A DNA stretch of 64,000 nt from contig CAZXJI010000005.1 of the NCBI GenBank assembly GCA_964640955.1, forward strand, positions 65,768 to 129,767, read 5' to 3'. Each line of letters starts with the position of its first letter. Positions within the stretch are counted from its first letter, which is position 1. A program made the position numbers and the translations under genes. Positions 28,469-35,195 of this stretch are shown in pieces. Source of the DNA: an uncultured Oscillospiraceae bacterium (GTDB taxonomy: Bacteria > Bacillota > Clostridia > Christensenellales > Aristaeellaceae). A model generated the notes under the pieces. That model had not been told where the DNA came from and did no database searches. It saw only the letters and a list, made by a program, of their open reading frames with translations.

Positions 28469-29338
28469 ATGAAGCTCAAGAAGATAACGGCTATCCTGAC
28501 CATGATCCTGATGATGGCGACCCTCCCCGCCCTGGCGATGGCGGAAGACGCGTACGGCTCCGCCGCGGTGGCGGAAGGACAGACCTACACCCTGGAACAG
28601 ATGCTGAACTTCGCCATTCAGGACGAGTACGCGGCCCAGGCCGAATACCGGCTGATTCTGGCAGCCTACGGCGAGAACAACGCCTTCGCCAACATCCTCG
28701 ACGCGGAAGCGACGCACATCGAGGAACTGACCGCCCTGTTCGCGGCTTACGGCTACGCTCTCCCGGCGAACGACGCCGCCGAACGCGTTTCGCTCCCCGC
28801 GACCCTTGAGGAAGCCTACCAGACCGGCGTGAGCGCCGAGAACGCCAACATCGCCATGTACCAGAACTTCCTTGCGCAGACCGACCTGCCGACCGACGTG
28901 CGCGACGTGTTCACGGACCTGCAAAACGCTTCCGAAAGCCACCTGACCGCCTTCACCCGCAACGTTGAGAAGGACGGCAACGGCATGCGCAACGGCGCGA
29001 ACGACGAAACCCGGCAAAACGGCGACGGCAATGGTAACGGCAACGGCCAGAACGACGGCAACGGCCAGAACGACGGCAACGGCCAGAACGACGGCAACGG
29101 CCAGGGCTCGGGCAACAGCGGCAACGCCGAAACCTGCATGGACGGCCAGGGAAAAAACCGCCGCACCGACGTGACGACCGGACAGGGCAAGAATGCCCGC
29201 TACAGCGACAACGACGCGCAGAACAACTGCGGCTCCGGCGATTGCGACGGGGAAGGCAGCGGCACCTGCGACGAAGAGGGCGACGGCAACCAGTACGGCC
29301 GCAGCAGCTCGGGCAACGGCACCGGCAGGAGCCTGTAA
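28469..29338 (+). CDS. secreted ferritin-like (DUF2202-type) protein with Gly/Asn/Asp-rich repeat tail
   Basis: Signal peptide MKLKKITAILTMILMMATLPALAMA|ED. LNFAIQDEYAAQAEY...ATHIEEL...ENANIAMY...SESHL resembles a ferritin-like four-helix diiron-type fold. The C-terminal roughly 110 aa are low complexity. Confidence 0.65.
   Translation: MKLKKITAILTMILMMATLPALAMAEDAYGSAAVAEGQTYTLEQMLNFAIQDEYAAQAEYRLILAAYGENNAFANILDAEATHIEELTALFAAYGYALPANDAAERVSLPATLEEAYQTGVSAENANIAMYQNFLAQTDLPTDVRDVFTDLQNASESHLTAFTRNVEKDGNGMRNGANDETRQNGDGNGNGNGQNDGNGQNDGNGQNDGNGQGSGNSGNAETCMDGQGKNRRTDVTTGQGKNARYSDNDAQNNCGSGDCDGEGSGTCDEEGDGNQYGRSSSGNGTGRSL
29039..29104 (+). repeat. in-frame 18-bp tandem repeat (about 3.7 copies)
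   Basis: GGCAACGGCCAGAACGAC x3 plus a partial copy, encoding (GNGQND)n inside the CDS above. Confidence 0.9.
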
Positions 29339-29407
29339 CCAAAGCAGGCCGGTATGCAAGGCACGGCGGCCGGCGACGGCCAAACCCCCTCCCTACAACT
29401 CCCTATG

Positions 29408-29441
29408 CCGCCGCGGCGGGCCTGCAAACCCGCCGCGGCGG
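29408..29441. terminator. GC-rich hairpin between convergent genes
   Basis: CCGCCGCGGCGGG-CCTGCAAA-CCCGCCGCGGCGG, a 13-bp stem. Confidence 0.5.
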
Positions 29442-29461
29442 TGCTTTGCGTGGCGGGAAGC

Positions 29462-29824
29462 TCAGGCTTTCGGATGGCCGTGGCCCGGCGGCAGCTTGCC
29501 ATCCGTGTAGCACAGCGTCAATTCCGACAGCGACAGATACACGCAGCCGGGCGCGGTTTGGGCGATGCGGGCGATATCGGTGCTGAGCGCGCAGGAAAAG
29601 CGGTCGCAGTCGTCCGCGGTGGCCGCGCCCATTACCCGTACGTCGCAAAAGGCGCAGCCGCCCGGCGCGTCGCCTTTGGTGAGCGTCTGACCGTCCTGAA
29701 TGTGCACCATCACGTGGACGCGGTTTTTATGAAGCAGCGCCGCGGCGTTCAGCGCGCAGGCCTTCAGGCTCTGCTTTTCCCCGTCCGTCAGGGCGCGGGA
29801 AGTGGAAATGTGTATGTAAGGCAA
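29462..29824 (-). CDS. tautomerase superfamily protein (MIF/4-OT-like, N-terminal Pro)
   Basis: TTG start 7 nt after AAGGAGG gives (M)PYIHISTS.... The Pro1-hydrophobic strand and about 120-aa length fit MIF-like tautomerases. Confidence 0.6.
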   Translation of the reverse strand: MPYIHISTSRALTDGEKQSLKACALNAAALLHKNRVHVMVHIQDGQTLTKGDAPGGCAFCDVRVMGAATADDCDRFSCALSTDIARIAQTAPGCVYLSLSELTLCYTDGKLPPGHGHPKA

Positions 29825-29944
29825 GGCTCATCCTCCTTTTTCTTGCGAAGCGCTCTCCCTGTAAGATACTTCGCGGCGAACCTTTCTTCCTGCCCCGGAT
29901 TGTGCTATGATGGGGCGGAAGAAACGTAAACCGGGAGATGCGAC

Positions 29945-31234
29945 ATGGAACGGCAGTTTACCTTCGGCTATGGGGACGGGAACCTTCCGCTTACGATCCG
30001 CGGGGGAGAAATTACGGTGCTGGACGCGGTTACGCCGCCGCCGCTCGGCGATTTGAAGAAGGCGTTCCGCGCCGCCGTGGAGGAGAACGCCGTGGGCGGG
30101 GGGACGCTGAAGGGCGCCGTCGGCCCCGGGGACGAGGTGACGGTCGTCATCAGCGACCTGACGCGGGCCTGGATGCACCAGGAGCGCGTCTGCCCGCTTT
30201 TGCTGGATTATCTGCACGACGTGATCGGCGTGCCGGACGGGAACATCGTTTTTCTGGTGGCGCTGGGCACGCACCGGGAACAGACGGAGGAAGAGCTGCG
30301 AAGGCTGACCACCGATGCGGTGTACGATCGGGTGAAGGTGGTCAACCACCGCATCGACGGACCCCTGCGCTTGGCGGGCGTCACCTCCTTCGGCACGGAG
30401 GTACGGCTGAGCCCGCTGGTGTTCGGGCGCAAGGTGATTCTGATGGGCGGCACCGTGCACCACCTGCTGGCGGGCTACGGCGGCGGCCGCAAGAGCCTCG
30501 TGCCCGGCGTGGCGGGGCGGGAGACCATCCGCCAGAACCACATCCACGCCCTGCACCCCGACCAGCCGCGCTCCAGCGACAGCGTCGGCTGCGGCATGCT
30601 GACCGGCAACCCCGTAAACGAGGACATGCTCGAAGCGCAGGCGATGGTCGCCCCGGCATTCGGCATCAACCTGGTGGTGGACGGAAACGGCGCGCTGATC
30701 GCCCTGCCCAGCGGCGACCCGGAAGCGGCGTGGCGGGAAAGCTGCCGGCTGGTGGACCGCTTTAACGGCGTGCCCATCGAACAGAAGGCGGACGTGGTGG
30801 TGGCGACCTGCGGGGGCTTCCCCAAGGATATCAACCTTTACCAGTCCTCCAAAACCATGATTAACGCCTATCAGGCCATCCGGGAAGGCGGCACGCTCGT
30901 CTTTTTGAGCGAGTGCCGCGAGGGCGGCGGCCCCGCCGCGTTCTTCGACTGGAGCCACGCCCAGAAGGAAGGCACGCTGGACAGGGAGCTGCGGGCGCGC
31001 TTCACCATCGCGGGTTACATTTTCTACGTCTGCTGCGAGATCGCCGCGCACACCGACCTGCACATGCTCACCTCCATCCCCCCGGAAACGCTCAGACCCA
31101 TGCGCATCACCGGGCACGGGTCGCCGGAGGAGCTGCAAACGCTGCTGGATTTTGGGGAAAAGAGCGTGTACGTGATGCCGCACGGGTCGAGCACCGTGCC
31201 GATGCTCGCTGAAAAATCCGCCGCCGGGGGTTGA
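29945..31234 (+). CDS. larA: LarA-family nickel-pincer-dependent 2-hydroxyacid racemase/epimerase
   Basis: 429 aa. LVALGTHRE, GGTVHHLLAGYGGGRKSLVPGV and IRQNH match the LarA catalytic His/His, cofactor-tethering Lys and Ni-binding His regions. DUF2088-type N-terminus. Confidence 0.85.
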   Translation: MERQFTFGYGDGNLPLTIRGGEITVLDAVTPPPLGDLKKAFRAAVEENAVGGGTLKGAVGPGDEVTVVISDLTRAWMHQERVCPLLLDYLHDVIGVPDGNIVFLVALGTHREQTEEELRRLTTDAVYDRVKVVNHRIDGPLRLAGVTSFGTEVRLSPLVFGRKVILMGGTVHHLLAGYGGGRKSLVPGVAGRETIRQNHIHALHPDQPRSSDSVGCGMLTGNPVNEDMLEAQAMVAPAFGINLVVDGNGALIALPSGDPEAAWRESCRLVDRFNGVPIEQKADVVVATCGGFPKDINLYQSSKTMINAYQAIREGGTLVFLSECREGGGPAAFFDWSHAQKEGTLDRELRARFTIAGYIFYVCCEIAAHTDLHMLTSIPPETLRPMRITGHGSPEELQTLLDFGEKSVYVMPHGSSTVPMLAEKSAAGG

Positions 31235-31259
31235 CAAACCCGCTTATCCGTGCTTTAAT
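31231..31259 (+). promoter_or_regulatory. SigA-type promoter of the T-box leader
   Basis: TTGACA (31231-31236, overlapping the larA stop), 17 nt, TTTAAT (31254-31259). Confidence 0.55.
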
Positions 31260-31265
31260 AATCAA

Positions 31266-31527
31266 AACCGTTGAAGCGGAGATCACACCGAAAGCGCACT
31301 TTCAGAGAGCCGGGGCAGCTGAAAACCGGCAGGAAGCGGATCGGCAAATGGACCGCCGAGGGCGCGTTGAAAGGGTGGCAACACCCGAGTATGGCGCGAC
31401 GCAGAACCAGCGTTACGAGGTTGAGGATGTGTCGGCATCCGAGAGAGGCGGACGGGAAACCGTCAAGCAAGGTGGTACCGCAGATGTAACCGCATCTGTC
31501 CTTGAGAAAAGGACAGGTGCGTTTTTT
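31266..31527 (+). promoter_or_regulatory. T-box riboswitch leader, probable Trp (UGG) specifier
   Basis: AGAGAG bulge at about 31303. Specifier-loop 3' side is CAAAUGGA, with UGG at 31349-31351 followed by a purine and the closing helix CCGC/GCGG. Conserved T-box AAGGUGGUACCGC at 31469-31481. Terminator GCATCTGTCCTT-GAGAA-AAGGACAGGTGC plus T6 at 31492-31527. Confidence 0.8.
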
Positions 31528-31593
31528 CGTACCGTACCGCAATGGCAAACCGACGTTACACACCACACCGGAAAAAAGAAAGGACGGATTCCC

Positions 31594-32559
31594 ATGAAAA
31601 AACTGATCGCTCTGGTTTCCGCAATGATGCTGGTATTGTCCTTTGCCGTGTGCGCCAACGCCGAGACGGCCAAAACCTACACCGTGGGCATCATTCAGAT
31701 GGCCGACAACGGCGCCTTCACCGACATGCGCGAGGGCTACATCGCCCGCATGCGCGAGCTGGGCTACGGCGAGGACGTCATGACCTTCGACTATCAGAAC
31801 GCCCAGGGAGACATGACCAACCTGGCCTCCATCTGCCAGGCGATGATCGCCGCCAACGTGGATTACGTCGTCACCATCGCCACGCCACCCTCTCAGGCTT
31901 TCCTCAACATGGACAGCGGCATTCCCCAGTTCTTCATCTCCGTGTCCAACCCCGTGGGCGCGGGCATCATCACCGAAATGGCGCACCCCGACAAGGGCTG
32001 CACCGGCACCAGCAACGCCATCCCCGTGGATGAGATGTTCAAGCTTTCCGACCAGCTCACCCCCGGGTGCGAGACCTACGGCCTCATCTACTGCACCAGC
32101 GAAGTCAACTCCGTGACCACCATCGAAAACGCCAAGGCGTACATGGACGCCAACGGCCTCAAGTACGTCGAGGCGGTGGTCACCAACTCCGGCGAGGTGC
32201 AGCAGGCTGCCCAGTCGCTGGTGGGGCGCGTGGACGCGATGTTCATCCCCAACGACAGCGTGGTGCAGACGGCGCTGACCGCCGTGGCCGAGGTGGCCAA
32301 GGACGCCAAGATTCCCGTGTACGGCTCCTCCGCCGTCATGGTTGCCTCCGGCGCGTTTGCGACCATCTCCATCAGCGATACCGAAATCGGCAGCATGACC
32401 GCCGACATGAGCAACGAATTCCTCACCGGCACCCCGATCGCGGATATCCCCGCCGTGGTGGTCAGCGACTTTACCATGGTCATCAACAAGACGACCGCCG
32501 ACGCCATCGGCGTCACCCTGAGCGACGACGTGCTTGCCCAGGCCACCCTGATCGAATAA
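31594..32559 (+). CDS. ABC transporter substrate-binding protein (ABC_sub_bind/PF04392-like family)
   Basis: Internal ATG (MKKLIALVSAMMLVLSFAVCANAE...). YTVGIIQMADNGAF...NVDYVVTIATPPSQA pattern of this SBP family. The upstream 360 nt of ORF 31231..32559 is the T-box leader, not coding. Confidence 0.8.
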   Translation: MKKLIALVSAMMLVLSFAVCANAETAKTYTVGIIQMADNGAFTDMREGYIARMRELGYGEDVMTFDYQNAQGDMTNLASICQAMIAANVDYVVTIATPPSQAFLNMDSGIPQFFISVSNPVGAGIITEMAHPDKGCTGTSNAIPVDEMFKLSDQLTPGCETYGLIYCTSEVNSVTTIENAKAYMDANGLKYVEAVVTNSGEVQQAAQSLVGRVDAMFIPNDSVVQTALTAVAEVAKDAKIPVYGSSAVMVASGAFATISISDTEIGSMTADMSNEFLTGTPIADIPAVVVSDFTMVINKTTADAIGVTLSDDVLAQATLIE

Positions 32560-32576
32560 CCCTCCTTATCCAAACC

Positions 32577-32618
32577 CCGCCCTTTCCGCGCCGACACCTC
32601 CCGGCGCGGAAAGGGCGG
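32577..32618 (+). other. 17-bp stem-loop between the SBP and permease genes
   Basis: CCGCCCTTTCCGCGCCG-ACACCTC-CGGCGCGGAAAGGGCGG, followed by a T-rich stretch. Confidence 0.6.
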
Positions 32619-32661
32619 GTACGTGCGTTTTGTCATTTTCCGTAAAGAAAGAGGCCGCGCT

Positions 32662-33567
32662 ATGACGCTGATCCTGGGTTCCTTGCAGCTGGGGCTGATG
32701 TACGGGCTGCTCGCGATGGGCATTTTCATCAGCTTTCGCATCCTCAACATCCCCGATCTGACCGCCGAGGGCAGCTTTACCCTCGGCGTGGCCGTGTCCG
32801 CGGTGGTGACGCTGGCGGGCGAGCCGTACCTGGGGCTTGTGGCCGCGTTCGTCTGCGGCATGGCCGCCGGGGCGGTGACGGGGCTTTTGCAGACGAAGGT
32901 GGGCATCCACCCGATACTGGCGGGCATCCTTACAATGAGCGCGCTGTACACCGTGAACCTCGCGGTGATGGGCGCGCGCTCCAACGTGACGCTGATCGGC
33001 TTTGATACCCTCTACCAGCGGCTGTACAAACAGCTGGCCCCGCTTGGCAAGGACGGGGTGAAGCTGCTGGTGGGCGCGGTGCTGGCGGGGGCGGTGCTGC
33101 TGCTGCTCATCTGGTTTTTCAAGACGCATATGGGCCTGTGCATCCGCGCGACCGGCAACAACGAGGCCATGGTGCGCTCCTCCTCCATCAACGCTTCCGC
33201 CATGAAGATCGCGGGGCTCGCGGTGTCCAACGGGTGCATCGCGCTTTCCGGCGCGATCGTGGCGCAGTACCAAGGCTACGCCGACATTTCCAGCGGCATC
33301 GGCATTCTGGTAGTGGGGCTTGCGTCGGTCATCATCGGCGAGGCCCTGTTCGGCCGCCGCAGCGTGACCGTCGGGCTGGTGTCGGCCATCGTCGGGTCGC
33401 TGGTCTACCGCCTCATCATTTCGCTGGCGCTCTCCACCAACGTGTTCCCGACCTACTTCCTCAAGCTGATCTCCGCGGTGATCGTCGCGGTGGCGCTGAG
33501 CATTCCTACGGTCAGGGAAGGGCTTGCGAAGCGGAAGATACGCAGGGAGGGCAGGAACCGTGCTTGA
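32662..33567 (+). CDS. ABC transporter permease (BPD_transp_2 / branched-chain-type)
   Basis: Internal ATG (MTLILGSLQLGLMYGLLAMGIFISFRILNIPDLTAEGSF...), the typical N-terminus of this permease family. Confidence 0.85.
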   Translation: MTLILGSLQLGLMYGLLAMGIFISFRILNIPDLTAEGSFTLGVAVSAVVTLAGEPYLGLVAAFVCGMAAGAVTGLLQTKVGIHPILAGILTMSALYTVNLAVMGARSNVTLIGFDTLYQRLYKQLAPLGKDGVKLLVGAVLAGAVLLLLIWFFKTHMGLCIRATGNNEAMVRSSSINASAMKIAGLAVSNGCIALSGAIVAQYQGYADISSGIGILVVGLASVIIGEALFGRRSVTVGLVSAIVGSLVYRLIISLALSTNVFPTYFLKLISAVIVAVALSIPTVREGLAKRKIRREGRNRA

Positions 33568-34357
33568 ACTGAAAGGACTGGGCAAGACCTTTGCCAGAGG
33601 CACCGTAAACGAACATACGGCGTTGAAAAACATCGATTTTACGCTCCTGAACGGGGATTTCGTGACCATCCTGGGCTCCAACGGCGCGGGGAAAAGCACG
33701 CTGTTCGGGGCCATCGCGGGCACCTTCTGGCCGGATACGGGGCACGTGGTGCTGGACGGGGAGGACATCACCTACCAGCCGGAGCACAGGCGCGCCCGCA
33801 AGATCGGCGTGCTGTTTCAGGACCCCATGAAGGGCACCGCGCCAGACATGACCATCGCGGAAAACCTTGCGCTGGCCTATACCCACGGCCACCGCTTCCC
33901 GCTGTCCCGTGCGCTGCGCAGGCGGGATATCGATACCCTGCGCGACCGGCTGGCGGCCTTCGGCATGGGGCTGGAGGACCGGATGAAAATGAAGGTCGGG
34001 CTTTTGTCCGGCGGGCAGCGGCAGGCCATGACGCTTTTGATGGCGACGGTCGCCAACCCGAAGCTGCTGCTGCTGGACGAGCACACCGCGGCGCTCGACC
34101 CCGCGACGGCGGAAAAGGTGCTTTCAATCACGGTGCAGATCGTGAACGATCAGCACGTGCCCACCATGATGATCACGCACAACATGAAAAACGCCCTGGC
34201 GCTGGGCAACCGCACGATCATGATGGAGCAGGGCGAGATCATTCTGGATATCGCCGGGGAGGAACGCGCCGGCATGCGCGTGGAAGACCTGCTCAAGCGG
34301 TATTCCGGTCGGCAGGGCCGGCAGCTGGACAACGACCGGATGCTGCTGAGCGATTGA
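33560..34357 (+). CDS. ABC transporter ATP-binding protein
   Basis: GTG start overlaps the permease stop by 8 nt. Walker A GSNGAGKST, signature LSGGQRQA, Walker B LLLLDEHTAALD. Confidence 0.88.
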   Translation: MLELKGLGKTFARGTVNEHTALKNIDFTLLNGDFVTILGSNGAGKSTLFGAIAGTFWPDTGHVVLDGEDITYQPEHRRARKIGVLFQDPMKGTAPDMTIAENLALAYTHGHRFPLSRALRRRDIDTLRDRLAAFGMGLEDRMKMKVGLLSGGQRQAMTLLMATVANPKLLLLDEHTAALDPATAEKVLSITVQIVNDQHVPTMMITHNMKNALALGNRTIMMEQGEIILDIAGEERAGMRVEDLLKRYSGRQGRQLDNDRMLLSD

Positions 34358-34376
34358 TTTCTTCTGTTTTCTAAAC

Positions 34377-34433
34377 AAAAGCCGGGCTTTGCCGAAAGGG
34401 AACCCCTCCCTCTTTCGGCGAAGCCCGGCTTTT
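34377..34433. terminator. long bidirectional terminator hairpin
   Basis: AAAAGCCGGGCTT...AAGCCCGGCTTTT outer stem, with an inner GCCGAAAGGGA/TCCCTCTTTCGGC stem. Confidence 0.7.
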
Positions 34434-34466
34434 CCATGTTTTGTTTTGGGGAATGCGGCGAGGCCG

Positions 34467-34940
34467 CTACTGCGGCGGATCGCACTTCTCGCAGGGGCGG
34501 CGGCCCAGGTAGAGCGCCTCCTCGAGCGTTACGGCGACGGCGTCCTTCATGCCGCAGCAAGCCGCCGTTTTGTGGTAGCACTCGTCTCCGACGGAGATAT
34601 ACACGATCACCGAGCCTTCGGGAAGCGTGAAGCTTTCCGGTTCCACGAAGGCGCCCGGGTGGCAGCGGCCGCAGGGGGTGTAGCCGAGGCGGCAGGCTTC
34701 CTCCAGCGAAACGAGGTAGGCGGTCTGCGTGTTGCCGCAGTCGGACTTGGCGTGGTAACGCTTGCCCGTCGCCGTAATGTAGACGAGCGCCGAACCGGTC
34801 AGGTAATAGGGAACGGCTTCCGTTTCCCCGGCTTCCTCCGCGGCTGCGGCGGGGGCGCCGCACGGAGTCGCGGCGAGGCCGCCCAGCGCGAACAGCGCGC
34901 AAAGGAGCAGCGCGGCTGCGATGCGGATGAATCTGAGCAT
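34467..34940 (-). CDS. secreted protein with two tandem His/Cys3 (Ada-like metal-binding) repeats
   Basis: Internal ATG (MLRFIRIAAALLLCALFALGG...). Two repeats of Y(I/V)x3Gx2YHx3-4C...LEEAxxLGxxPCxxCxP. Confidence 0.6.
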   Translation of the reverse strand: MLRFIRIAAALLLCALFALGGLAATPCGAPAAAAEEAGETEAVPYYLTGSALVYITATGKRYHAKSDCGNTQTAYLVSLEEACRLGYTPCGRCHPGAFVEPESFTLPEGSVIVYISVGDECYHKTAACCGMKDAVAVTLEEALYLGRRPCEKCDPPQ

Positions 34941-35130
34941 GGCGGTTTCCCTCTCGCGATGGTCGGTCGGTCGGGGCGAACGCGGTGCGAAAGGCGGGGG
35001 AGGAGAAAAATGGTTAAAATGTATGAAAATGTTCTTTTCGTCATGATAGCACAAAAGGGGAAAGAAGGCAACCGGTTTTCCGGGCGGCGAATGCGCGGCG
35101 GAGAAAACCGGACGGAGAGACCTTGAAATG

Positions 35131-35163
35131 CGCGAAGCGGCCCGCCCTGCGGGCCGCTTCGCG
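35131..35163 (-). terminator. hairpin after the GH127 gene
   Basis: CGCGAAGCGGCCC-loop-GGGCCGCTTCGCG, a 13-bp stem 33 nt past the stop. Confidence 0.55.
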
Positions 35164-35195
35164 ACGATATGGAAGACTTGTTCGTTTTGCTTTCC

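Noticed and set aside
29039-29104. Short tandem repeat considered as a possible CRISPR-like or non-coding VNTR array.
   Set aside because: The units are contiguous with no spacers, 18 bp long, in frame and inside a CDS. This is a coding low-complexity repeat, not a CRISPR array.
31231-31593. N-terminal 121 codons of ORF 31231..32559, which would make a 442-aa binding protein.
   Set aside because: The region contains the promoter, T-box motifs and an intrinsic terminator. The signal peptide and RBS begin at 31594.
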